The notes: generated from the letters alone by a model not told the origin. A stretch of 64,000 nt of DNA from Vitrella brassicaformis CCMP3155 (GCA_001179505.1 CDMY01000802.1:1-64000), one strand, 5' to 3'; shown: positions 1 through 16,109, counted from the stretch's first letter. Made by a program: numbers and translations.

Positions 1-126
1 CCCTAAACCCTAAACCCTAAACCCTAAACCCTAAACCCTAAACCCTAAACCCTAAACCCTAAACCCTAAACCCTAAACCCTAAACCCTGAACCCTGAACC
101 CTAGACCCTAAACCCTAAACCCTAAA
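1..126. repeat. Telomeric repeat array (CCCTAAA)n, i.e. TTTAGGG type; probable chromosome end
   Basis: About 18 tandem heptamers from base 1. Inner variants CCCTGAA x2 and CCCTAGA x1 lie at about 85-105. Confidence 0.97.
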
Positions 127-420
127 CCTGTGTGTATAGCATATGGTGTATGAGTTAGAGGCCTGACTGTATGATACAGAGGCAGATACGAGAAGACAGG
201 GAGGGATGCTGGAATGACGGATGAATGGATGAATGTGTGTGCCGAGTTGTGAATATGCGCACTCACACGTACTGACATGACATGACGCATTTTATTGTGT
301 GAATGAGAGTGCATCTGTTCCGCGTCGTCAACATGTGGGTTGAATGAATGAGCAGAGGTCCCTACGATATGTGTCCTGTCCAGTCATCCGCTTGTGTGTC
401 TGTCTGTCTGTGACATGCTG

Positions 421-782
421 GACGGCCACCGCACACAGAGAGTGAAGATAACACTCAATGTGTATGGTCGCCGACGACCACGAGAGAGCCAGCACACCAA
501 CAGACGATGCACACCAAAGCAAACCAAACAACCCCAGAGTCTCCCCCATTAATGCGCCCATCCCATATTTCTCTCTCTCTTCTTCCCACCCACATGACAA
601 AAAGACAGGAGGAAATCGACAAACCACACAGACAGAGAGGGAGGGAGGGAAGGAATTCATCCACTTCATATGCCCCGACAGCACCAGCAGCAGTCGGCAG
701 TCTTTATTTCCTTTGTGTGCATGTGATGAGTGTGTGGTGCCTGTCTGTCAGACGCTCGACGGCCACCGCACACAGAGAGTGA
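421..782. repeat. 25-bp exact direct repeat in the subtelomere
   Basis: GACGGCCACCGCACACAGAGAGTGA occurs at 421-445 and 758-782. Confidence 0.8.
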
Positions 783-2448
783 TGTCACGGTGGCGGCGAC
801 GCTCCCAACGGTCAGAACACCCACACACGATGCACACCGCAAAGGGAAACGACATCCACCGCCCGATAGAAAGAGATAGAAAGAGGGGCGCATACCCCCA
901 TACACTCACTCATGTGTGTCACTTTGTCTGTCGACATGGGATCATCACACTGTCGCGTGTCCGTTCATTTCCCTCTGTGCGCATCTCTGTCGCCACACGG
1001 CAACCCCAAAGCACCGACACCACACATGGGCTGATACTCTGAGGTTACCTGTTCGCACCGGAGATGCCCACAAAAGGAGAGGGGGGACACGCACGCGGGA
1101 AAACCACACAGATGAGAAACCAGACGCAGCCTCTCTCCCATTAGACACCATGTCAGACGGAAATGAAGAGATAGACAGATCAGTGTGTGTGTGTGTGTGT
1201 GTCGGCATGCCTGTCTGTCTGTGAGCCGCCTGTGTGTGACAGATGCACCGACAAGAGATCAACACACTCTCGCCAACAAACGTCAACCACCGGCAACGAA
1301 CAGACAGACGGCAGCCCACACATGGCACCACACAGCGATTCTCTGCGCAGCCAATCAGCCAATCGTCCCCTTCTCTGTCTGTCTGTCTGTCATACTTCCC
1401 CCACCCCCCACTCACCGGCCCACACACTCACGGCAGCAGACGGCCAACACGCAAAACCCCACACAATCCAACACGGCACACTTCAGGACCCCCCGCGACA
1501 CACAAAGGGGGGCCAGCCCACGAGAGAGACAAAGCGATTCAGTTAAGTCGAGTCAGTCAGTCGTCGACACATCGGCCGACACACCACACACACACACACA
1601 CAGACGAGCAGCACTCAGCGGCCATCGTCAGTCGTCAAACCCGCCAGCCAACCACACCTGCACGCCACACTAACCACAGACAGACAGACAGACAGTCGGC
1701 TGATTCTGTGCTGTCGTGTGTCACATCCATCCCATCTGTGTCTGTGTGTCTGTGTGTGTGTCTGTGTGTGTGTGTGTGTGGCTGTCTGCCTGCGCACCGC
1801 TGCGGTGTTCGAAGGCAGTCGGCGGTAAGTCACCTCGGCGCCCTCAGCTGCAGCACTGTTTGACAGACAGACAGACATCTGCAGCACAGCAGACAGAGTA
1901 GAGCGGCCGTCTCACATCATGGCGATGCTCGAGGCGTCCCTCACTCACTGACCTGACTGACTCGCCACGTGTGTGTGCTTCTGCGTCGCCGACCTCAGCT
2001 GACAATGAAGGCAAAGTGACGCCAAAGGACGACACATCTCAGCACACAGCCGTCAGGAGGGCAGCACATCGAACCGAAAGGCCGGAGGGTTTGACGAGGG
2101 GTCAAAGGGTTTGTTACCCTATAGCCCCACGAGAGAGAGCCCAAAGTGCGGCGTTCGTGCGGCTTGTCGGACAGCTGTGCGTTGCGAGAGTGAGGCACTC
2201 GGCCGACAGACAAGAGGGCGAGAAGAGTCCCTCGAGTCAGTCGTCCTCTCGACTGCTGCCGTGGGTGGCGGGCCGTTGAGCTCACAGACATCGGAGGTGA
2301 GGGAGGCCCAACACTCACTGACTCACTGACTGATGCGCTCATCCACTGACCTCAGTGAATGCGTTGGCCTCTCTGTCTGTCTGTCTGTCTGTCTGTGTGC
2401 CTCTCTCTGTGTGTCTGTCGACCCGTTGGTGCAGTGTGGCTGAAGAGC

Positions 2449-4015
2449 GATGGCGGCCTCCTCATCTGCCGCTGCCGCAGGTGGTGGTGTTAGCTCATTG
2501 ACCTCTCTCTGATCTGTCCATCTGAGCATCGAACGAGGTAAGCAGCACACAGATGTGTGAGCAGCATGCTTGATGGACATAATCCTCTGTCTGTCGGCTC
2601 TGTCGCTCTGTGCAGCCTCTCGTCGAGCGCCTCACTCATCTGACCGTCTTGGCCCATCCATCCCATGCAGTACCACGAGCATCAGCAGCACCCCGTGTCA
2701 TATGTGTGTGTGGGCCGGAGGAGCCGCTACCTCCTCAGCGTCAAGGACGTCGTGCGGCTGAGGGCCACCTGCACCTGGCTCAGAGAGCTCTTCGGGCCGG
2801 CCCAGCTGAGAGATCGGCTCAGCCACTCGCTGGGCTCACAGGCGGGGCTGCGGCGGGCGAATGTGAATGGGCAGCAAGTGCAGCTGCTGCGGTTCTACGA
2901 CGACCACTTCCACACACATGATCTGCTGGCGGCTGTGTGTGTGGTGGAGGAGGGGGGCTGAGGCGAGATGGCCGAGGTGATTGAGCTGGCGGGGCAGTGT
3001 GGCAACTGTGTGCTGCCTGTGACCCTCAGTAGGGCTGACATCAACACACACGCAAACAAAACGGTGAGCCGGGGAGATGAGGGAGAGGGCCTCACTCGTG
3101 TGTGTGTGTGTGTGTGTGTGTGTGGTGGTCGTGTGTGTTGGTGTATGTGTCGGCTCCCCGTGTGTTGGCGCAGCTCAAGATTGTCAGCCGCCACGTTCAC
3201 TTCAGTGACGGCTCCTGCCTGCAGCTGTTCCAGCACGGCAATGGTGAGGTGCGGGCCATCAAAGACGAGCCCGGCTTCCGACTCACTGTCGACCCGCCCC
3301 TCCCTATCAACCACCTGTACCGGCAGCACAGACAGCTACACGACCCACCTGTGCGCAGCCGCATGTACAACTCGATCGCCGACGCCAGATAAGTGTCGCA
3401 TAGCGGCGAGTATACTAGTAGTGATATGTCAGTGTCGTCGTTTGCCAAGTTCAAGATCCTCTACTACTTCAGCAATACTCAGCAGATCAATTTCACATCG
3501 ACTACATTCAACAGGTAACACACCAAGGGCATCTATGGGGTCGGGCACACAACCAGAAGTCGTTTGTCGGTGTGGTTGGTCAAGGGGTGTCGGTGGCGGC
3601 CGTGTGGATCGCCTGTTGACCAAGTCGCCCCGCACACCAGTGGCCGGCTGCACGACCACGATGAGCTGGAATGAGGAGTGGGGCGGTCGTGAGACGTGTC
3701 GTGAGCGATGGCTGGTGCTCACCAACAGCAGCCACCCCTTTGTCGCGTGGATTTCCATTAGGGAATCCGAAGGGAAATGCGGTCAGAATGACAGAGGGAT
3801 TGCTTCTGGTCAAATGTCATTAGGATTTCCTTTCTTATTGTCTGCAGTCTATGGGTGTGTCGAGACGACTGAGGTGGCTGTGTGTAGGAGTGGCGCCTTC
3901 AAGCCCCGCTTCCCAGTGACCACTCAGCTGGCTCGCGTGGTGTTGGGGGCGGTGGCGCCATTCGTATTCGACGGACAAGTGCAACCGCCGCCGCAGCAGC
4001 AGCAACAACAACAGG

Positions 4016-4053
<38 letters not shown>

Positions 4054-4080
4054 GATGACGATGACAATGACAATGGTACA
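2449..4080 (+). pseudogene. Pseudogene of a lineage-specific F-box-like family (same family as 56400-57617) with a polyQ tail
   Basis: Reads LLSVKDVVRLRATCTWLRELF...EEGG*GEMAEVIELAGQC...HDPPVRSRM...RFPVTTQLARVVLG. In-frame TGA at 2959-2961 and TAA at 3390-3392; no AG acceptor before VYVSAPRV (~3140); CAG/CAA polyQ at ~3993-4051. The start codon is uncertain. Confidence 0.7.
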
Positions 4081-4890
4081 GATACAGAGAGGGACATATT
4101 CAAACATTCATCGGATGGATGGACGGATGATGTCCCTTCTCTCTCTGTGTGTGGAATAGATTTGGACGATGGTGTGGGTGTGTGCAGATGTCGACGACGG
4201 CAGCGGTGATGATGAGAGTGACGATATGAATGACGGCAGCGGAGAGGGCGGTAGAAGTACACAGCCACACACACCCAATACGCCCCCACGTCGACCTCCA
4301 TCACATTCATTCATTCATTCATTGATGTCAATGATGTGTGTGTTGTGCCCTCGGCAGGTGAGGGTGGCGCAGCTGAGGTGGAGGTATGGGTCGACATCTG
4401 GGGATTCGGAGACAACACCGGTAAGAATGACAGAGGGAGGGCTTGCTGCTGGTCAGATGTCGCGTGTTCTTCCTCTTCTTGTCTGCAGGGTCGGTGTCCG
4501 TTAGGACTATCGAGGCGCCTGTGTGTGAAGGTGGTTTGTTCAAGCATCGCTTCCCGGTCACCACTCAGCTAGCGCGTGTGGTGTTGGGGGCAGTGGCGCT
4601 ATTTGGGTTCGATGATGGTGATAATGATGTTACGATAGACGAAGGGACACACACATGGATGGATGAATGACGTGCCTTCTCTTTGTGTGTGATGTCTGGT
4701 GTGCTCTGCAGGTTTCGGACAATGGAAACGATATAGATGACGGCAGCGGGGAGGGCAGCGGAGGTATACAGGCACACATAGATGTCCCCACGTCAATCTG
4801 CATCACATTCATTTGTGTGTACGTGCGTGTATGTATGTGTGTGTGTTGCTTCGGCAGGTGAGAATGCCGAAGCTGAGGAGGAAAGGGGCG
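3760..4890 (+). repeat. Degenerate tandem duplication of the last exons of the pseudogene (about two units of ~550 bp plus the start of a third)
   Basis: RFPVTTQLARVVLGAVA is encoded at ~3907-3960 and ~4547-4600. The junction TCGGCAGGTGAG..GCTGAGG recurs at ~4350 and ~4850. Confidence 0.75.
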
Positions 4891-7429
4891 GCTGATCGGC
4901 AGACCTATCAGTCAATACGTACTGGGGTGATCATGCAGCGATCCATCTCCTCTGTCATTATGTGGTTGAATATCGCCATGCCCTGTGTGTATATGTGTGT
5001 GTTGTCTCAGGAGGGCATCTCTTTTGTTTTAGCTGTCGTCATTTTTCTCTGTAGCCGATCCGTTTCTTCAAGACAGATCACACACCCATCACTCTGTAGA
5101 CCAGCAGCTGCTGGTGTGTGACCGAATGGCTGGCTTGGCTCTGATGGATGGGTGTGTCGGCTGGCCTATGGTTTTCCCTTTTTGTCCATTCATCTGTCTT
5201 CTCTGTGTGTACCCCTCCTTCCATCCCTCCCTCTGTGTGTGTGTGTGTGTGTGTCCTCCGTGTGTGTGTGTCCTCTGTGTGTCTGTGTGTGTGTGTGTGT
5301 GAATGTGTGGAGGGAGATCCGCCCGTCCTCATCGTCCTCATGACTGCATGCCGCGGGTGTGAATGTGGGCGCATCTCGTGTGATTCCATCTGCTCCCCCA
5401 GCGAGCGATGTGTGACTGTATTTGGCTGCCCTTTGACTCACACTGCCTTGTCACTCTCCGTTTGCATGTGTGTGCCGTAACGGACATCGAGTGAACACTT
5501 CACTTAATTATACGGATGGCGATCTTATTTGAGCACACGCCACGCATCCCATCAATCACCCGCAGCCAAGCGAAATTCGCACCGCACCGAGAGAGACACC
5601 GGCAACGAAGATAAGGAACCCAGTACCACATAATGTTGTGCAGCAGTCACGCTTCTTGCTGCGGCCGTCCTGTTTGTTTGCGTGCCTTGTCTGCACACAG
5701 GCAGCATATTAATAGCAGACCGGGGACAAGTGAGATGGCCGACTGACCATCTTGATCCCTCTCTATGTGTCGACACACGCACGTTGTTCCAGCAACTGTG
5801 GCGGACACACACAAGCAGGGAGGATTTATGTGTGCGTGTCACTTGCAGTTAATCGATGGTGCACGAGATGCTTTTTAACAGCTCAAGTGAGTGAGTGCCT
5901 TCTACCTCCATTCTGCCTGTTTATATCGCCTTCTTCAATCGTCACCCCGTCGCGACATGTCGACGGCTTCTTGTGGTCCTTGTGCCTCAGAAAACCCCAG
6001 AACGACGACGGCACTAGCACGAAGGTGTGTGGGTGATTGGCAAATCAAGATATAAAATGCACGCGGCGATGAGGCCTGAAAGAGATAGAAAAAATTAACA
6101 AACCACTGAGCACACGGCGACTTTCCGACGCGCAGTGGATGTGCATACTTGGACTTCTGCGGCCAACTGGCGGTTACGTGAGTCGATCTCAGCCTGGCTG
6201 CAAAGCATCGACTCGTACTTGGCATTCCACACACCTGAAAGACCCCACACACGTGCGTGTGTGTCTTGATCGCATCAATTATGCCGTGTCTCTCACGTGT
6301 TCAGAGTGTTTGCGATCCTCCTCTCGCTGCGAGAGTTGCCGTCTGAGCGATTGGATCTCCTCCTGTGCCAAGTGGCGCTCAGTCACTCAGCGCACTTGAC
6401 CACACGTCGTCCCCCTCATCGGCTGCGTCGGACGGCGGGTTGGGCCTCTCTATCTTCTCTGTGTTTTGCTGTCCGCTGCGTGCCGTTTTCTTGCCCTTCC
6501 TTCGCCTGAAGACCTCCTCCTCGTCCGGAGGGAACGTAGAAAACGGCCTAGACAGAGAGGGACGCGTAGCAGCAGCAGCTGCTGCAGCAGCAACGATAGC
6601 AGGCCCTACCAGACATACAAGACACACAGACAAAGACACAATATTGGCATGTATGTCTTTAGCGCGGTAGATCGGTCGCTAACATACCGGGATGGGGTCG
6701 ATGGGGTCTGGCGCTAACGGTGGTCCAATCCCCACCCTAGCATACACACACTGACCGACCAGATGAAAAGCAAGCATACACACACACATACGTACCCACA
6801 TGTCACAAACCTCCTTATATACCAAAGCTCCTTACCCTGATGGGCATGTGCCTGGAGCCGCCGTCAGCGTCATGGAATCACAGTCGATTCTCAATGGGGC
6901 CCCACTCCCTATGACTGCAATGACAGAACAAGTCAACAGACAGCCGAGAAAGACAGGCATTACAGTCACGTGCACTCTCGGCTGGCTGGCTAGAAGCTGC
7001 CCTCGCTGCGCACGCTGGTCGTTCCAGTACTGCTGCTCCTGCTCGCGATTCTGCGATGCGAAGACGTAGTCGTGACAAAGATGGTCTTCCAGTCACAATC
7101 ATATAATATTTACCTGAAACTGCGGCGCATTGTTGTGCCTGCGCACCTCAGTGTTGTGTTGCTGCACATACAGCACTGATGTGTCGGCCATCGTGTGTGC
7201 TCTGCACATACATATACATACATGTCGTGAGCGTGTGTACATGTACAAAAAACGCACCTCTGCTTGGTCGGGTTCCTCTCCTCTACGCGCCAGCATAAGA
7301 CAACACACACACACACGGCGACACCGTGATTGCGTGTGAATCGTCTTCGTGACGGTGGTCCGCTTACCGCTGCAGTTGTTGTCAGCAACGATAGACAGTC
7401 GACCGGCCTGCAGCACAACAGCATAAATA

Positions 7430-8990
7430 TGAGAAGAGACACCAGCTCAGACCTTGTGCATCACCAAAAATGAAGACACGCGCACACACCGACTGCCGAA
7501 GGCGGTGCTTACCCATCGATGAGCACATGGGGCGGAACACGTCACAGGACAGTCGACTGAAGTCGCCACAATGTGTGTTGCATTCATTGAAGAGTGTGTG
7601 TTGGGGTGTGTTGGGGTGTGTGTATGTGTTAAGCTTGCCTGAGGTCTCTTTTTCTCGCCAATTTTGATGAGGACAGTGGTCCTTCTGTGGAGCCAGGTCA
7701 AACCCGATCTTGGTGTCTCCAATATAGACAAATCGTTCCGAATCGGCGAAGTACTCCGGATTAATACCCATAGCTTTACTCACCTCTTCTGTGAGCAACG
7801 TCTTTGGTGCGCCTGAGTGAGTGCACATACCGACAGACCGTAAGCCATTTTCATCATGCATGTGAGTCTGTTTGTTTGTCTCTCTGGCTGGCTGCTCGCA
7901 TACGTCTGTGTTGCTTGTCGAGGCCTCAATGACCTTCTCCATGCCAAACTTCTCAGCGGCAGCCTCCAACACTTTGAGCTGCATCCATCCATCCATCCAT
8001 CCCATCCATCCATCCATCAATGTGTGGTGTGGTGCTTTGGATGATCCTGTGTGTCCGTCCGTACGGTCTTCTGATATTGACTTGCTACGATGGTGGTATC
8101 AATTTCTTTCTTCAGCTTCTCCAAATTGGTCAGATCGAACGAAAACCACTGGCAGGCAGACAGAGAGAGAGAGAGATCTATGCACAGCTGCACACATGTG
8201 CGATTTCTGTCTGATGGACGCTAACGCGGTTGCCCTCTGCCTTTTCTGCGTCTTTGAGAGCGAGGAGGGCCGCCTGCATACAGTCAGACAGACAAACAGA
8301 CAGAAGGACGACTTTGCCATTGCCCGCCACCCATGCCCTGTCTCACTCACATAGTCATCTTTCATCTTGATGTCGTATTTGAAGGCCTTCACCAAATTGG
8401 AATCCGCCGATGCCTTTCTGAACTGCACGCAGTGAATGTACACACACGCAGTCAAACACACCCATGAAGAACTTATTTTGAATGGCCTTCCCCCCAGCTC
8501 GTCCCACCCCACCCCACCCTCACTTGCCTTGTCGATAATCGTCGGTAACATCCACACGCAGAGTTTGCGCTTCTCCCGGCGGTCGACCTCTCCCGGGTGC
8601 CTCCCGAGGGAGGACTGCGTCTCCACCTGGAATCTGAAGACCTTGTTGAAGACGGGCAGTCGAAAGCCACATTGAAGCGATTCGAACAATACATACCAAG
8701 ACGCACGCGCACACAGGACATCAGCGTGCGTCGTGTGTCCTTCTCTCTCTCTTTCTCCCTCTCTCTCTTGTTCTCTGTGTCTGTCTGTCTTCTGGGGTGC
8801 TTTTGCGGCTCGACCAAGGTCTTGGCACCCCAGGTTGCTTCCGGGAACGAACGCGGCATGTGCAGGAAGTTGGCTGTTGGGTCCCGCATGCAGTGAGTCA
8901 AGCGGGCAGAAGAATAGCTGATGATACACTCGAGCTGTCTCTTCAGGGTCATGACGATGGCGGCCGCCTCGGTTGCGGTGCGCCGACAGG
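7430..8990 (-). CDS. Multi-exon hypothetical protein; ends uncertain, may extend toward ~5900
   Basis: Coding-like exons bounded by splice sites: VETQSSLGRHPGEVDRREKRKLCVWMLPTIIDK, FRKASADSNLVKAFKYDIKMKDDY, AALLALKDAEKAEGNRVS, WFSFDLTNLEKLKKEIDT, LKVLEAAAEKFGMEKVIEAST. I do not recognise the family. Confidence 0.45.
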
Positions 8991-9361
8991 CCGTGGACAA
9001 AAAAAAAAGCCCCTTTATCTCCGACCGACAGCAAGCTCCCGGAGTTCAGGAACGTCACCGTGCCATCATCAGCCTTCCTGTTCACGCCAGAAACCACACC
9101 ACCAAACCGACGGCTGTACCTATACTCGTCTGCCGACACGCCTCCTTTCATCTCGTGCGCTACCGTCCTGCATGGGCCCAGAAGAAAGAAAATGTGCTCG
9201 TGTCGGCAATGCGCTTTTCTTACCGCCAACATGCTTTTTTGTCGCCGTCTCCTTTGCATCATTCCCCTGCCGTGGAGGCCTCGTTCAATTGGCCGCGTTA
9301 ATAGCCGCGTTGCCGTCTTCGCCCGGCATGTATCGCATGGGGGAGGGGGGGGGGGGGGGGG

Positions 9362-9661
9362 NNNNNNNNNNNNNNNNNNNNNNNNNNNNNNNNNNNNNNN
9401 NNNNNNNNNNNNNNNNNNNNNNNNNNNNNNNNNNNNNNNNNNNNNNNNNNNNNNNNNNNNNNNNNNNNNNNNNNNNNNNNNNNNNNNNNNNNNNNNNNNN
9501 NNNNNNNNNNNNNNNNNNNNNNNNNNNNNNNNNNNNNNNNNNNNNNNNNNNNNNNNNNNNNNNNNNNNNNNNNNNNNNNNNNNNNNNNNNNNNNNNNNNN
9601 NNNNNNNNNNNNNNNNNNNNNNNNNNNNNNNNNNNNNNNNNNNNNNNNNNNNNNNNNNNNN
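9362..9661. other. Assembly gap (300 N)
   Basis: N run preceded by a G homopolymer. Confidence 0.99.
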
Positions 9662-10769
9662 GGCGTGATGGATGGTCCTTGACGGCCAAGACAGCTGTGG
9701 CCGGCCAGTTTGAGCGGCGTGACTGTTGTGTGAAGAATCTGATGACGGCGCGAAATTAAAAAAACACGTCCGTCTCCGTTCTCGCCAGGGATGTGTGCGT
9801 ATGTATTTTGCGTGTCGGTTGTTGCACGTGTCGTTGGTGGCCATCCACTGGCATCCAGCAAGATAATGTAGGACGACGAGTCTGACGAATCTGTGTGGCA
9901 CCGCTCTTCGCCTTGATGAGTGGGGTGTGAGCCGCCATCATAATCAGCTGTACGGCGTCGTCTTTGCAACCCAACACCAACATGAATGACGCCATGGTGA
10001 GTGAGTGTGTGGGCGAGACGTGCGGGCAGATAGGCAGGCAGAGATGGATTATCTGCCATCAGTGAGGGGAAAAGGCACCTCCAATGAGGGCAGTCTGCAT
10101 GCCGTGGCTGCGTTAGGTAGCTTGCAGCAGGGATGGCAGCCGATGAACCACGTCCGCAAGCCAGATTGGTAGATATGGACACATGGACACGCCAGCTGCC
10201 ACCTGATGACCGTATGGATGCAGTAAGTGCTGCAATGTCACGCCATTACGTGTATCTGTGTGTGTGTGTCAGGCAAGGCACGCACACATGGATGGATTGT
10301 TCATTGAATTGAATCCATCCATTCATTCATCCAACCCACCCACCCATCCACCATCCAAAAGAACAGGCTGTCACGCGTGAGTGGATGGATGGATGGATTG
10401 CAATGTGAGACGTACAGATCATTGACTGCATGGCATGAAATGTATGGCTCTCCCCTGTCTCATGCAGTGTATCCTATCAGGTATGCATGTACCGACGTAT
10501 AAAGGAATGCGCTCGCTCGCCCTCCTTTGTGGCCTCGAGCAAAATCGACAACATAAATCGCTCAAACAAGAGCCTTTATCTGTCCGCCTGTGTGTACACT
10601 CACTCAGGGAGGAACATCGATGCCAACACTCCTTGTGTGTTGATGCATGCGTTGATGCGGTGTTGCAAAACAAAATCAAGACACCTGCCTGCCTTGTCCA
10701 ATCGCCAATCGCCTATCGCCTATTGCCCATCGACCACCCTGTATCATGCTTTCCCCTCTCTCGCTCTAA

Positions 10770-10802
<33 letters not shown>

Positions 10803-11033
10803 ATCTCCTTTAGCAGCAGCACAGCTCAAGGGCAAATTCGAACAGATGCACTTGCATCCATCCATCGATCCATCGATTCTCCGCCCGCCCGCCCCACCCA
10901 TCCCAACCCAACCCAACCTAACCATGCATTCATGGAATCGATCATGAGGAATAGATAAATGAGCGAGTCAGTGAGTGACAAAGAGTATGGATGACACATT
11001 GCATTCCATCGCATTCTCTCGTATTGCGTCGCA

Positions 11034-13771
<2,738 letters not shown>

Positions 13772-14654
13772 CTGGTGAGCTGAACAGCCAAGGGAGAGCC
13801 TGAGAGGGATGGACGGAAACGCGGCAGGACACCGGGCAGCGGTCCGAGATTCGCGATTTACTGCCGTACAGCGGCGGTTGAGATCTTGGCCGTACAAAGC
13901 GGTACTTTTGGCTGATCTCTGTGTGTCTGTGTTGACTGCAGGTACACACAGAGATCAGCGCCTCGTCGCCCGCACCGCCCCTGCATGTTCATCCGCCTGG
14001 CGGCCATCGATCGGTTCACACCGGTCAATGAGGCGCCCCTGGTGCGAACTCTTCTGTTCGTCTGGGGCTGCTTGCCCACCTTCCCAGCAGTCTTCGCCAT
14101 AGCCGGTGTGAACCGCTGGGAAGGTGGGCACCTTCACACCGGAGCTGCTGCAGCAGGAAGAGGATGGTGTCCTGGAGTGCCGTTGCTGGATAGAGTCATG
14201 AATCGTCATGTCCATGGCTCTCGCTCCGACTGTCTTCTCACCGAGACCATCGCCGCCATCTCTATGCGGCAATGCCTCTCAGCCAGTTGATGTCCGTCTC
14301 CCCATGTCAATGGCTGCATTCCGTCTTGCGCTGCGGTGATTTAGTCTCGATACTGGGGCCCTGATGGGCAACAAGTATGGGCATTGATTAGTGATATGTT
14401 GCCTGGTGTTGGGCCGGTGGGCCGGTGGTGATGGGTTGGATGACATGAGGGATTGCATGGTGTGTGTTGCACAATCAAAGCAAAATCGGCAGAATCGTCT
14501 CTGCAGCCACAGTCCGTCTATGCATGTGTGCGCGTATGACGCGAAATGTCTGTACAGACACGCAGGGAAAAACCACGCCCACCGTCCTGTCGAACCAAGC
14601 AGGCAGGCGGACGCGTGTATACACAAAGGCACACAGTATCGCAATGAGATTCGC

Positions 14655-16082
14655 TCACTGCTGCCCACTCAGATGCAACACTTCTATCTCGTCAGCCATG
14701 AAATCACTCGACCCAGCCAGATGAGCAGTGCCATATTCATTCCTCCTTCCCATGTAATCCTCAGGCACATGGTCGGTATGAGTGCACTGACAGCAGCTGC
14801 GGATGTCGGCAGCTGGCTGTTCATCCTCACCAGGACCGCTACAGCGGCCATCATACAAATACAGATGTCCCCCAATATACACTTTCGCATCGATGAGCAT
14901 ACACCCCTCCTCCCTCCCCGCCACCCGCACATTCTGCCAATCACGGCGAATCTCAATCTTTGTCGGCTTCTTGAAGTGGCCGGCCAGCGAGAACTGCCAT
15001 ACATCACACGGGTAGTAGTGCCAATCGGTGGGGTCATCGGGCTCCCAGATGCCGTCACTGATGAAGGCGCCGAACACATACATGTCCTTGCGTATGATAA
15101 ACACCAGGCCGGTCTTGTCGCCCACACAGCGGAGCAGATTGGCATATGTGGTGCCGTCTCGCGAGGACCTGACAGACACACAGACAGATGGATACATACA
15201 TATATATCACATCAGACTGCTGTATTACATGTGTGGGTGGCCTTGCCGACCTACCGATAGACAGAACGTAGCCGCTCGTCGCCTTCTATCAGGCCCAGCA
15301 GGCCGTAGTACTCCCACACGCCCAGAGAGCTGCCCACGGGCGGAGCCACCTGCACGACAGCACCAAGCACACCGCCTGCACAAATGAATCGCTGCTTGCG
15401 TGCGTGTCAGTGTGAGTGCGCACCAGTGGCTTGTGTAGCGAGGGAAACAACGATGCCCCCACACGCAGATCGCCAACACGCCCCTCCACACTACAGGCAA
15501 GCAATCCAGCAAACAATTCATAGAACAGATGGCTGCCTCTGCCGCTCTCTCTTGCTTTTTTACTTGGTGATTCTTGCCGAGTCTTGGTGCTTCCGAAGAG
15601 GCCTGAGCAGCCTGATCATGGCGTAATTCTTGAGGACGCTGGCAGCCGGGCTGACCACCCTGCACACACATTCACACAGACACATAGAGAGAGGCAGAAT
15701 GTGGACAGCGGGACATCTGCCTTGTCTTGCTGACCTGCACGTGGGGCACTCGGTGCTTCCATCGGCCTGCTTGATGACACTCACACACTGCAGGTGTTCA
15801 CACACACACAAACAAACAGACGGACAAACCATGAGTGCATTGTGCGGGATGGTTGTCTTGTGCTGCGCACTCACATCACTGCAGAGTGAATGGCCTGCAT
15901 GCATCGTATCAACACACACATCACAAACGAGGGGAAATGCATCGGATCCATCATCCTCCATGCACCTGCGAACCATATGTGTCGGTCGGCTCACCGCATC
16001 TGCCGAGTGTCATGGGCACGTGGCAGCCCTCAGCCTCCCACTTACAATAGCACACGTCACACACCATCTCCACTGACTCCAT
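14655..16082 (-). CDS. RING-HC (C3HC4) finger + TLDc domain gene (TLDc-1, no signal peptide); the fusion needs a 1-nt frameshift near 15603
   Basis: Spliced RING: MESVEMVCDVCYCKWEAEGCHVPMTLGRCG|HSLCSD|CVSVIKQADGSTECPTCR|VVSPAASVLKNYAMIRLL. TLDc exons: VAPPVGSSLG...LRSVYR|SSRDGTTY...LVFIIRKDMYVFGAFIS...WQFSLAGHF...FMADEIEVL. Confidence 0.7.
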
Positions 16083-16109
16083 CTTCGGACCATCGCTCCG
16101 TTCGAGCTT

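Noticed and set aside
2959-2961. In-frame TGA suggesting selenocysteine, read-through or a TGA=Trp code
   Set aside because: The same gene also has an in-frame TAA and a damaged acceptor, and TGA is a normal stop in intact genes here (e.g. the DCTN4-like and phosphoesterase genes). Pseudogenisation is simpler.
9340-9361. G/C homopolymer tracts flanking all three gaps as functional G-quadruplexes
   Set aside because: The tracts are cut off by the gaps and are typical causes of sequencing dropout. The tract at 45.4 kb is plausibly poly-Pro coding sequence.
8099-10182. Long ORFs running through the N gap (e.g. 600 aa at 8099-9901); the same applies near 45.4 kb and 62.2 kb
   Set aside because: Their length is inflated because N codons contain no stops.
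13858-14272. ORF MAKTAGKVGKQPQT..., superficially like a histone tail
   Set aside because: No histone fold follows and there is no supporting splice structure. It may be the GH1 upstream region or a small unknown gene.
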